Shown here piece after piece: positions 39,519-48,388 of a stretch of DNA of 64,000 nucleotides. The DNA comes from an uncultured Chlamydiales bacterium (GTDB lineage: Bacteria; Chlamydiota; Chlamydiia; Chlamydiales; JAAKFR01): assembly GCA_963699155.1 (NCBI GenBank), contig OY969414.1:1291757-1355756 (forward strand), written 5' to 3'. Every line of letters begins with the position of its first letter. Within the stretch, counting starts at the first letter, position 1. Position numbers and translations under genes: made by a program. The notes beneath the pieces are model-generated. The model made no database searches. It was not told where the DNA came from and worked only from the letters and a program-made list of their open reading frames with translations.

Positions 39519-40794
39519 CATATTCTTGGTTTGATGGAGATAGGAGCCCAATTTTGCGCAGACTCTCATCCTTGGCCATCAAGCCCATCGGAAACATTCC
39601 CTTAATGTCACCAGCAGCCACCTGTTGTAAATCTAGGTTTGCGTCAGCCAAAAGTTGATCAGGAATAATCCGCAGCTGACTGGAGTTCATTTTGGATAGC
39701 AGCCGATTGAGAGCGTTTACAGGGAATCCTTCAAAAAGGCGGCGACTTTCAAGAGCTCCCCTAAACCCGGTTGGAAAGAGCACTTTAACTTGGGATTGAG
39801 TGAATAGATTAAAATCCAGATCACTTTCTCTAGAACGAATGAGGGTCCAAAGAAGCCTTCCGTCGAGTAAAAAGAGTACTTTCCTTAGGTTAACCTCCGG
39901 CAAATAGTTAAGCACACGAGAGGAGTGAATAGTAAAACCCATCGTTGCGCTCGAATAGGGGAAAAGTGCTGTGACAATTTGTTCAGATAACCTGTCGTGT
40001 TGTTCTATGAAAAACTGCACCTGCGAAAGGCTGAAAAAAGGATAGAATGCTGGGGAACAGGTCAAAACCTCATCTCTATAGTGAAGAAAATGGCCTAAAG
40101 TATGATCAACCCAAGTGTCACTCGCTTGATGGTCCATGAGACGAATAGAGATCATATCCCGCTCTTCAATTGTAAACTGTTCAATCTGTTCTAGAGACAA
40201 ATGCTCCAATTCTGCCTGCGTCATGGCGAGTAGTTTTAAGACTTTAGTGAGGAGAGTCTCATCACGAACATCATTCAAATAATCCATCCGAAGCCAAACT
40301 GCCGACAAGGAATCTGGAAGATTCTCTTTAAGCCTACCTGAAAGAGTGGGGATGCCCATCTCAGCGGCTATTTTTTGTTGGAGAGCTTGATCCTCCGGAT
40401 TTGAGGAATTCAAAAAAGAATCCAATAAAGAAAATTGCTCTTTTTTTTTGGTGCGCTGCCCATCTGCTCCCGTTATTTCGCTTTCAAAAGCCCCCACATG
40501 TCCCATTATTTCCCTGTCAAAAGCTCTATAAGCAGCAAATGGGCGGTTTCCCCTTACACATCGCAGCGCCGCGCCACCGATCAGGAGTAAGCTACCACCG
40601 CAAATGAATGCAATCCCCCCATTTCTTCCCAAACCCTCTAGGACCGGAATTTTACTGATGGCCAGTGCACCTAGTACACAGAAGATCACCCCTAAAGCCA
40701 CCATCAGAATACGAACCTTCAGGGAGCAGCTTCTCTGGCTCTCTTCATAACGAGCGCAACAGGGAAGAGAAAAGTCAATAGCACCAATAGACAA
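39493..40794 (-). CDS. Inc-like hypothetical protein (bilobed hydrophobic segment, degenerate C-terminal repeats)
   Basis: ILMVALGVIFCVLGALAI...GIAFICGGSLLLIGGAAL hairpin; repeated LxxxQxxxLFP-type units. Start likely TTG 40794 after AAAGG. Confidence 0.6.
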   Translation of the reverse strand: MSIGAIDFSLPCCARYEESQRSCSLKVRILMVALGVIFCVLGALAISKIPVLEGLGRNGGIAFICGGSLLLIGGAALRCVRGNRPFAAYRAFDREIMGHVGAFESEITGADGQRTKKKEQFSLLDSFLNSSNPEDQALQQKIAAEMGIPTLSGRLKENLPDSLSAVWLRMDYLNDVRDETLLTKVLKLLAMTQAELEHLSLEQIEQFTIEERDMISIRLMDHQASDTWVDHTLGHFLHYRDEVLTCSPAFYPFFSLSQVQFFIEQHDRLSEQIVTALFPYSSATMGFTIHSSRVLNYLPEVNLRKVLFLLDGRLLWTLIRSRESDLDFNLFTQSQVKVLFPTGFRGALESRRLFEGFPVNALNRLLSKMNSSQLRIIPDQLLADANLDLQQVAAGDIKGMFPMGLMAKDESLRKIGLLSPSNQEYVKGILKLR

Positions 40795-40871
40795 AAGAAC
40801 CTTTTTATTTTTACGAAATTTTAACATATAATTTTATAGGATTCAATCTAAATTTATGATAAAAATAAATT

Positions 40872-41444
40872 ATGACCAATAACCTTATAGAATTGTTTAA
40901 AGAGCTTAGAAAGAATAATCCGCTAAAGGAGCGCTTTAAAAGAGAACCTAAAGCGGTCTTGAAAGAGTATCACGTCGAAATCAGCGATCCTAGAACCATC
41001 CAAGTGGTTGAGGATACAGCCAATAAGAAACACATTGTGATTCATCACCCCACTGCAAAAGAGGATCTTGAAAAGAGTCCTTTGCCCGAGAATATCAAGC
41101 GCTTCCTCGGTGATCTCATCAGATCACCTCAGATGAAGGCCCAGCTCAAGAAAAATCCCATGGCAGTTTTAAAAAACTATGGCATGGAATTCCCAGAAGA
41201 GACTCAGTTTGACATTCTTGAGGATAGTGAGACGCTCACCTATTGGGTCATTCCCTATCCACAAGAAATTACCGATGCTCAGCTTCAGCAGATCTCTGCT
41301 GGCGGTACTGGTACAGGAATCGCAGGATTCGGTGCAGCTCTCTTAACCGTTGCTAATGCCCCTCTAGGAATTGCAGCCATCGTCTTAACCATGGTTTTTA
41401 GTGATAAAATCGACGCCTTCTACGATAAATTGAAAAAGAAATAA
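40872..41444 (+). CDS. RiPP/bacteriocin-like precursor with two tandem NHLP-type leader domains
   Basis: LKERFKREPKAVLKEY..IQVVEDT..HIVI and MKAQLKKNPMAVLKNYG..FDILEDS..YWVIP, then EITDAQLQQISAGG and a hydrophobic core. Confidence 0.75.
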   Translation: MTNNLIELFKELRKNNPLKERFKREPKAVLKEYHVEISDPRTIQVVEDTANKKHIVIHHPTAKEDLEKSPLPENIKRFLGDLIRSPQMKAQLKKNPMAVLKNYGMEFPEETQFDILEDSETLTYWVIPYPQEITDAQLQQISAGGTGTGIAGFGAALLTVANAPLGIAAIVLTMVFSDKIDAFYDKLKKK

Positions 41445-41474
41445 GAGCGAATTCTATATGATGAAACAAGAGCA

Positions 41475-42569
41475 CTAAGTTTGTTTAAGAACGAGGGAAT
41501 AACTTGTGCTGCGTCCCCCTTCCTGATTTTTTGTGAGAATTCCTTTATCGATAAGGTCGAGAATGTCTCGATAGGCAGTATCTTGAGAACATTTAGCCAT
41601 CTTCGCCCATTTGGATGTCGTGAGCTTTCCCTCAAAACCTTCTAGAAGGCGGTTAATGATAATGTGTTGCCTTTCATTTAGAGAAATTTCAGCCAATGAC
41701 TCCCAATAATGGGCTTTGTGAATAATGGCACCCAGAGTGGAATGGGCGTGCGCAATCGCTCTATTCAGGCAGGCAAAAAACCACTCGATCCATGGCCCGA
41801 TATCCAAATCCCTTTTTTGAGTTTGCTCTAAAATAGAACAATATTTTTTTCTTTCTTGCTGGATCTGTGCGGAAAGACTGTAGAAAAGGCGTGAACTTTT
41901 TTCTGATCGCGCCAACATCAAATCGGCAATGGCCCTTCCAATACGGCCATTTCCATCTTCAAAAGGATGAATCGTTACAAACCAGAGGTGCGCTACAGCA
42001 GCTTTCAAGACATAATCTAGCTGTGAGTCATTAAACCAAGTTAAAAAAAGCTCCATCTCACGTTTGACTCGATTTGCAGGAGGTCCTTCAAAATGAAGAG
42101 TTTCTCTTCCCATCTGACCCGAAATGACCTGAACTGCTCCTTCACGCCATCTTCCGGTCTTGATTTTTGACCACCCACTCCGACCATTAGGGAAAAGATC
42201 AGAATGCCAACGAAACAATCTCTCTTGAGTGAGCGGTTCATTAAATTTCTGAGTGGCGTCCACCATCATTTCAACAACTCCATCTATCGTGCGATCTCTG
42301 GGATTAAGCGCACCCTCTTCCATGCCCAGGTGGCGTGCTACTGAAGAGCGAACGAGTGATTGATCAAGTATCTCCCCCTCAATTTCGCTTGATTTGATAA
42401 CCTCTAGAGTCAAATTCCTCAAAACAGTCTCATCCTGAGCATGGAATCCTATAGACTCCATGGCTCCAATCAAACGGCCCTGTTCATGACGCAACTGATG
42501 GAGCAACTGGTTGATTCTATCTGAATCCCACACAAAATGGGGCCAACTCTCAAGCTCATAGATGTACAT
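41475..42569 (-). CDS. Fic family protein (DUF4172 N-terminus, C-terminal HTH)
   Basis: WPHFVWD, SSEIEGE, HPFEDGNGRIGR, KCSQDTAYRDI, GGRSTSY. Confidence 0.93.
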   Translation of the reverse strand: MYIYELESWPHFVWDSDRINQLLHQLRHEQGRLIGAMESIGFHAQDETVLRNLTLEVIKSSEIEGEILDQSLVRSSVARHLGMEEGALNPRDRTIDGVVEMMVDATQKFNEPLTQERLFRWHSDLFPNGRSGWSKIKTGRWREGAVQVISGQMGRETLHFEGPPANRVKREMELFLTWFNDSQLDYVLKAAVAHLWFVTIHPFEDGNGRIGRAIADLMLARSEKSSRLFYSLSAQIQQERKKYCSILEQTQKRDLDIGPWIEWFFACLNRAIAHAHSTLGAIIHKAHYWESLAEISLNERQHIIINRLLEGFEGKLTTSKWAKMAKCSQDTAYRDILDLIDKGILTKNQEGGRSTSYSLVLKQT

Positions 42570-42586
42570 GAGCCTATTCTATCATA

Positions 42587-42652
42587 TATTCTCCGCATAA
42601 GCAACCTTATTCTCCGCAAAAATGCGGAGAATAGGCCCATTTTTTCTCCGCA
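42587..42652. promoter_or_regulatory. Repeated TTCTCCGCA operator-like motif upstream of the Fic gene
   Basis: Copies at 42587, 42608 and about 42644, plus an inverted copy; perfect palindrome TATTCTCCGCA-AAAA-TGCGGAGAATA at 42608-42633. Confidence 0.6.
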
Positions 42653-42750
42653 CTTTTTAAATTCTGCAAAAAAGCATGACTTATACTGCCACCGAGAACA
42701 TTGGACACGGATTTGCGATATACTTAATCGCAAAACCAAGGAGATCCAAC

Positions 42751-43062
42751 ATGGAAGAAGGTGGTCAAATCAAACGATGGACCGCGGCACGTAAGATTGA
42801 AGTTGTCTTACGTCTATTAAAAGGAGAGTCCATCGATAAACTAAGTCGAGAACTCGGTGTAGAGGCTTATTTAATCGAAGAATGGCATTCAAAAGCAATT
42901 CAGGGCATGGAAGTGGGATTAAAAATGCGTTCCGAAGACCCTGTTCAACATGAATTAGACCATGCTAAGAAACGCCTGGGAGAGCTCATGATGGAAAACG
43001 AGCTCTTGCAGATAAAGGCCAACAAAGCACCGGGTTTTCGTATGGGGAGGTCCAAGAAATGA
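42751..43062 (+). CDS. IS3-like transposase OrfA (HTH)
   Basis: AGGAG RBS before ATG 42751; RWTAARKIEVVLRLLKGES..LSRELGV, LGELMMENELL; ATGA overlap with orfB. Confidence 0.85.
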   Translation: MEEGGQIKRWTAARKIEVVLRLLKGESIDKLSRELGVEAYLIEEWHSKAIQGMEVGLKMRSEDPVQHELDHAKKRLGELMMENELLQIKANKAPGFRMGRSKK

Positions 43063-43604
43063 GCGAGAAGATCTCTCCTTCAACCCATCTTAAATATGGT
43101 GTAGAATTAGTTTGTACAGTGTGGAAGTTTCCTCGCTCATCTTTCTATCATAATAGAAAGCGGCCATATAAACCTAAGGGGCTTCGAGGAAAAAAGCCGA
43201 CCCTCTCAGACAATGATCTATTGGAGGCCATCAAAAAAGACATATCCGAAAGCCACTTTCAAGGAGAAGGACATCGAAAAATACATGCTCGATTAAAACG
43301 CTTCAAGAAACTAAATATTGGGCGGAATCGAGTTTTGAAGCTAATGAGAGAGCATAAAATGCTCTCTCCGTATCGCGTTGAACAGGGAAAAGAACGCCTA
43401 CATGATGGACGCATTACAACAGACCGCCCCAATGAAATGTGGGGTACAGATGCCGCTAAGATTTTCACCCTCGAAGATGGGTGGGTGTGGTTTTTCGGAG
43501 TAATTGAACATTGGAATGCTGAATGTCTAGGGTGGCATGTCACAAAGAAAGGAAGTCGATTTGCTGCAATAGAAGCCTTAAATAAGGCTGTTGAGGTTGT
43601 TTTT
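43059..43604 (+). pseudogene. IS3-like transposase OrfB, N-terminal part (truncated by IS21)
   Basis: GEGHRKI, RVLKLMRE, PNEMWGTD (first catalytic Asp), ECLGW. Confidence 0.85.
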
Positions 43605-43907
43605 TGATTAACGACAACTATTTTTCCCTTCAACGACAATTTTAATCCTTAGCGTAACGACAATTAAAATTCCTCCTTAACGACAATTATTTTTCCCTTC
43701 ACTGCAGTTCCATCTTCATAACGGTCATTTTTTTTGCTCTTGAGGGAAAAGTTAAACGACGCCTCTTCCACTCCTTATGTTGAAAAATACTTTCTTCTCC
43801 CATCATAAGCACTTTCTCTCTCTGGGGGATAAATCCCCCAGCCCCCCAATCTTTCATGGGGCTCTGCCCCAAACCCCGGCAAAGGAGCTTGCTCCTTTGC
43901 AAACCAC

Positions 43908-44660
43908 TTATTTTTCTTCTTTCCTCGCTTTCGATTTCTCGAGTCGGTAACTTGTTAAGTTTAACTCAAGTATTACACTGTGATGCACTAGACGATCTAT
44001 AGCCGCCGCAGCCATCATAGCATCTTTAAAAATCCCTTCCCATTTCGAAAAGGGCAAATTACTGGTCAGCAAAATACTTGTGCTTTCATAGCACCATGTA
44101 AACAGGGTAAAGAGCACTTCCATCTCTTCCTTTTCCTGCTGCACATAGCCAATCTCATCAATAACAAGCAGATCGTAGCTTGTCAGCTTTTTCATCAATC
44201 TGTTCAGCTTCAGTTCCTGTTTCGCAATAAGCAAATCTTGTAACAGTGCTGAACACGAACTGAAGCACGCCTTGTACCCCTTACCTATCATCTCCTGGGC
44301 CAAACCACACATCAAGTGCGTTTTCCCAGCACCAGGTGTCCCAAATAATAACAAATTCTCTTTTCTTTCTAGAAATTTGCCATCACGTAAGGCATTGAAC
44401 TGATGCTGAGCTCCCTTCGGTAATCTGCTCAAATCAAAATTTGCAAGCGATTTAGAAATGGGCAGATTTGACTCTTTCAACCATCTCTCGATGCGTTTAT
44501 TCTCTCTGGATTCAACCTCTTGCCTTACAAGCTCCAACAAGTACTCTTCATAGCCCCATTCTTCTTTTCTTGCCTTCTCAGCATACTCAAAAAAGCTTTT
44601 ACTCATTTTTGGAAGTAACAGCCTTTTTAAACCTTCTGAAACCTGCTCTATTGTATTCAT
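43908..44660 (-). CDS. istB: IS21 helper ATPase IstB
   Basis: GTPGAGKTHL, LLVIDEIGY, LTSNLPFSKW, AAIDRLVHHS, SYR. Confidence 0.96.
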   Translation of the reverse strand: MNTIEQVSEGLKRLLLPKMSKSFFEYAEKARKEEWGYEEYLLELVRQEVESRENKRIERWLKESNLPISKSLANFDLSRLPKGAQHQFNALRDGKFLERKENLLLFGTPGAGKTHLMCGLAQEMIGKGYKACFSSCSALLQDLLIAKQELKLNRLMKKLTSYDLLVIDEIGYVQQEKEEMEVLFTLFTWCYESTSILLTSNLPFSKWEGIFKDAMMAAAAIDRLVHHSVILELNLTSYRLEKSKARKEEK

Positions 44661-46129
44661 GATTGTGACTCCTTTAACAAAGCTAAATCATAAACACATA
44701 AATCCACTGTAGAGACAGCTACATCCATTAAAGAAAATATTTTTTCTGGTTTTCGAAGTATCTGTAAAACGCTTTCAAGAGTTATCATTTGATCTTTAAC
44801 AAGCAGACTTTTCAAAACCCCTCCTACACGTCTCTCACCATCTTGTGCAGCTGCTTTCAAAATACCTAGATAATCCTTCACATAGCGTTGAGGCGATCCA
44901 ATTTTTAAAGCATCGTAGGCTGCCCTAAAAGTACTTGTAGGGTATAACTCTTCCTTATAGCGATAATTCTCAAATGCTCCAGGCTTCTTTATCAACCAAT
45001 CTATTATATGACGATAATCAATCTGGGCCTTGTGGGCCCCAACCATGCGCGGAAACTCCTCCACTTTTTGACCTTGGTACCAGATCTCTACAATACTTCC
45101 TAAAAGATGTATCTCTACCTCTTCGTTAATCAAACGACTCGGTACAGAATAAGTGTTATCTTTTAAACGGATTGTACTTCCTCTACCTACAGTTAATCTA
45201 TGAACAGTGGCATCTTGGAGTCTTCCTGGAGGCAATTCTTTGAGCTTTTCTTGTTCTTCTTTAAAACGAACACTTCTTGCCGCATTACGCTTTATCACCA
45301 GATCTCTCAGAAAACCACGATATTCCTCAACGGTTTCAAAATCATGACTACCACGTAACATTAGTGCCTGCTCAACAGCCCTCTTAAGCCTATGGTGAGC
45401 CTGTTCAACATCGCCATTCTCATTCGGGCAACCAGCTTGTATTTTTGTCCCTGTAATACCATAGTGATCCAAAAGAGCCTGGTACCGTGCACCAAATTTA
45501 GGATTATTCGAGAAATTTGACATTGCTGCCGTCAAACGATCTGTGCGATGTCGTAAGGCAGAGCCCCCTGCTTGCCAGACTGCATTTTGAAACCCCTCAC
45601 TTAGACTTTCAAAATTCTCGGAAAAACAAATAGTTACACTCTCCCAATTCGAGTAGGTAAAAACAAAGTGATAAACAAGATGAGGAAATGGGCTCCTTTG
45701 GATTGTAATCTTAAGATTTTCCATATGTGTAAAATCTGAAGAGCAAAGATCCCCAGGCTTATGGATTTGTGCAAAGAATACCTCCTTAGGTGGTCCTTGG
45801 AGTCCTTTCCATTTCTTGACCTTTCTTTGCAAGGTCCGCAATTGCCCTTCTTGAAATTTGCCCGGATATTTCTCTACTAAATACTCAAAAATTGTCTTTG
45901 CTTCGAGTCGTGGTTGAAGCTCTAGCATGCTTTCAATTTCGGAATTAACGCAATCGAACGGATCCGTTCTTGTTTTCCAATTATGATCTGTTGGCAACAG
46001 CGGGTTATCATTCTTTAAGTAAGTTCTTGCTGTCTTAGGATCTATGCCAGCTTTGGCAGCTGAATCTTTAAGATTATTTCCCTCATTAATCATTTTACAC
46101 AATCTCCTATACTGTGTTTTAGAAATCAT
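44657..46129 (-). CDS. istA: IS21 transposase IstA
   Basis: GIDPKTARTYL, GQLRTLQR, SDFT, HRTDRL, NENGDVEQ, NTYSVPSRLI. Confidence 0.96.
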   Translation of the reverse strand: MISKTQYRRLCKMINEGNNLKDSAAKAGIDPKTARTYLKNDNPLLPTDHNWKTRTDPFDCVNSEIESMLELQPRLEAKTIFEYLVEKYPGKFQEGQLRTLQRKVKKWKGLQGPPKEVFFAQIHKPGDLCSSDFTHMENLKITIQRSPFPHLVYHFVFTYSNWESVTICFSENFESLSEGFQNAVWQAGGSALRHRTDRLTAAMSNFSNNPKFGARYQALLDHYGITGTKIQAGCPNENGDVEQAHHRLKRAVEQALMLRGSHDFETVEEYRGFLRDLVIKRNAARSVRFKEEQEKLKELPPGRLQDATVHRLTVGRGSTIRLKDNTYSVPSRLINEEVEIHLLGSIVEIWYQGQKVEEFPRMVGAHKAQIDYRHIIDWLIKKPGAFENYRYKEELYPTSTFRAAYDALKIGSPQRYVKDYLGILKAAAQDGERRVGGVLKSLLVKDQMITLESVLQILRKPEKIFSLMDVAVSTVDLCVYDLALLKESQS

Positions 46130-46271
46130 CCTTTACCTCCTTACGAGATAAAGGATTATCTTCTTAAGTCTCAGCGAAGGGAATTTTAATTGTCGTCCGA
46201 AGGGAAAAATAATTGTCGTCGGACAGGAATTTTAATTGTCGCTGAAGCGGAGATTTAATTGTCGCAGATCA

Positions 46272-46781
46272 GTTTTTAGCAAAACATCCTCTAATGTGGC
46301 TCGTGGGGTCAGTTTACGAGTAGATCATGGCTCTCAATTTATGTCAGAAGGCTTTATTAACCAAACACGGTACTGGGGCATAAGTATAAGCAAGGGCTTT
46401 GTGAAGGAGCCTGAAACCAACGGGGTGATAGAAAGGTTTCACAGAACATTTAAGGAGCAGATTGTACACGGTAGGCATTATCATGGCCTAGAAGACTTTA
46501 GGAAGGCTGTAGCAGAGTTCATTAAGTCGTACAATGAACACTGGCTTTTAGAAAAGCTAGATTATCACTCCCCTCTGGAAGCCAGGGAGTTATATTCCAA
46601 AGAACACCCTTCTGAACAAATTTTATCGGCGTTAGCTGAGGTTGGAGAGGGAGCACGGCTACTTTGTTCTGGCAAGGATATGATAGCAAAAACTGAGAAT
46701 TTTAGAATAATTTTAAAGCGACGGAAGAAATTTACGCAAATTTGTGTCCAAAGAAATGGTGGCGATACAAAAAAAGCATGA
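46272..46781 (+). pseudogene. IS3-like transposase OrfB, C-terminal part
   Basis: LRVDHGSQF, PETNGVIERFHRTFKEQ, YNEHW, SPLEA; rejoins 43059..43604 in frame once the IS21 and one copy of the duplication are removed. Confidence 0.88.
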
Positions 46782-47025
46782 CTTTAATTGACAACCCAAA
46801 ACTCAGGTTGATAGTGAGAATGTGGCAAAAGTGAGGGGAATTTACGGCGTTTGTCTTCTAATGGCACGCACTTCTTGGCATAAACCTAGTATATGCCTTG
46901 TTAGTTAGTCCTTAGCAAGGGGGTAACATTTTGGCCAAATGGGTAATTTTGATCAGAAGAGGATATTGTGGCCCCAGGGAATTTAGGCAACAGCTTGTTG
47001 GCTAATTGCAATCTATGCGCCATAT

Positions 47026-48135
47026 TTAAATTTCCCTTTTCTTTTTAACTCTTTTTGTTTTGGGACTTGGGATTGCGCTTAGCTCTGCTTCAATCTCACC
47101 AATTGTTGGAAGTTGTCCTTCTAGCTTTTTAGGTAGGGTTGAAACGATTTTTGTCTCATATTCGGCTACCCCCATGGGCTTATGAATATCTCGAAGTGCA
47201 TATTCTGCAATGAAGTTATCTTTACTTTTGCAAATCAAAATACCAATGGTTGGGTTATCCGTAGGATGCTTCATGAGATCATCAACAGCGGACAAATAAA
47301 AGTTCATCTTACCTGCAAATTCAGGCTTAAAATCAACCGCTTTGAGTTCAATCACAACAAAACATCTAAGCTTCAAATGATAAAATAGCAGGTCGATATA
47401 GAAGTCTTTGTTACCTACTACTAAATTGACTTGCCTGCCAACAAATGAAAAACCCTGACCTAATTCAGATAGAAATTTCTCAACATGCTTGAGCAATCCT
47501 TCTTCTAGATCTTTTTCAATGTGCTCTCTAGCCAGCTCAAGAAAGTCAAAGTTATAAGGATCTTTTAGAGTATCATGAGCTAATTGTGAATGGGGATCGG
47601 GAAGTCTATCTTGAAAATTGGTAATCGCTTTGCCATGTCTTTTATAAGTTTTTATTTTAATAGAATCCACTAGAGCGTTGCGAGACCATCCCTCCTGAAT
47701 AACCATATTGACATACCAAAGCCGCTCATCAAAAGACTTAACCCCTTCAAATATAGCTATATTATGCCCCCATGGGATGTTGAAAATAGGTAGACCTTCT
47801 AATTTACCCACAGCTTGTGGGGAAATTGAATATGCCAGGTAAAATGCCCTCATCCTACCCATGTTTGTTCTAGAAAACCCTTCAATTCCTGGAAATTCGT
47901 TCTGAATATCCCTTGCTATTCTATCTATTACACTAGAACCCCAACCGTCTTTTTCTTGTCTTTCGACGATTTCTTTGCCTATATCCCAATACAAGCGAAT
48001 AAGTTCCCTATTCACTGCTAATGCGGCTTTGAATTGAGCAGATCGTATTTTTTTCTTAAGCTGTGTCACAAACTTGGCATAGTCTGTGGAAGCAACATCT
48101 TTCTTCTTGGAATCGTTTTGTTTACTTTTTGCCAT
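47026..48135 (-). CDS. DUF1016/YhcG family PD-(D/E)XK nuclease-domain protein
   Basis: VNRELIRLYWDIG, GFSRTN, IPWGHN, LKDPYNFDFL, ELGQGFSFVGRQ, IDLLFYH, VIELK, GKMNFYL. Start likely ATG 48135. Confidence 0.93.
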   Translation of the reverse strand: MAKSKQNDSKKKDVASTDYAKFVTQLKKKIRSAQFKAALAVNRELIRLYWDIGKEIVERQEKDGWGSSVIDRIARDIQNEFPGIEGFSRTNMGRMRAFYLAYSISPQAVGKLEGLPIFNIPWGHNIAIFEGVKSFDERLWYVNMVIQEGWSRNALVDSIKIKTYKRHGKAITNFQDRLPDPHSQLAHDTLKDPYNFDFLELAREHIEKDLEEGLLKHVEKFLSELGQGFSFVGRQVNLVVGNKDFYIDLLFYHLKLRCFVVIELKAVDFKPEFAGKMNFYLSAVDDLMKHPTDNPTIGILICKSKDNFIAEYALRDIHKPMGVAEYETKIVSTLPKKLEGQLPTIGEIEAELSAIPSPKTKRVKKKREI

Positions 48136-48352
48136 TTCAATTCTTTTTTCATTGCCTAGCACAGTTCGTGACACTAATTCTCTATGTGTCACACCTGTCA
48201 CAGAAATCACAATAGATTAACACCTGCGATAGAAAAATCAAAATAGATTTACGCCAGGTTTATCTCGTCTAGTGCGTAAAATTTGCGTAATTGAGCTTTA
48301 CGCAGTGGAATTTTTGGGTGCGAAATTTTTGTTGTATGTCACTAAAAACGAA

Positions 48353-48378
48353 AGGCTTCACTTATAAAAGTGAAGCCT
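48353..48378 (-). terminator. Terminator downstream of tmRNA
   Basis: AGGCTTCACTT-ATAA-AAGTGAAGCCT stem with a T-rich run following on the minus strand. Confidence 0.75.
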
Positions 48379-48388
48379 CTTTGTGTGA

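Larger units (their letters stand above)
43605..46271 (-). mobile_element. IS21-family insertion sequence, 2667 bp
   Basis: TG...CA termini, four CGACAA(T/C)T repeats at each end, istA-istB, 6-bp target duplication GTTTTT (43599-43604 / 46272-46277). Confidence 0.95.
42682..46769 (+). mobile_element. IS3-like insertion sequence (~1415 bp net), interrupted by an IS21 element
   Basis: Imperfect IRs TATACTGCCACCGAGAACATTGGACACGGATTTGCG / TGTATCGCCACCATTTCTTTGGACACAAATTTGCG; orfA plus split DDE orfB; flanking 14-bp direct repeat AAAAAAGCATGACT. Confidence 0.85.

Noticed and set aside
40872..41444. Reading the NHLP-like proteins as nitrile hydratase alpha subunits
   Set aside because: The metal-binding CxxCSC motif is absent, there is no beta subunit, and both end in a double-glycine-type leader motif plus a core.
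43605..43699. Regularly spaced ACGACAA repeats (mirrored at about 46177-46271) that look like a mini-CRISPR
   Set aside because: They are the multiple terminal repeats of the IS21 element: no unique spacers, inverted at the two ends, and no cas genes.
43699..43902. 67-aa ORF inside the IS21 downstream of istB
   Set aside because: It overlaps GC hairpins and the terminal region and has no recognisable motif; likely spurious.
48165..48305. GTGACAC/GTGTCAC inverted pair and several TTACGC/GCGTAA copies between DUF1016 and ssrA
   Set aside because: Possibly recombinase or regulator sites, but the motifs are short, no cognate protein is present, and chance cannot be excluded.
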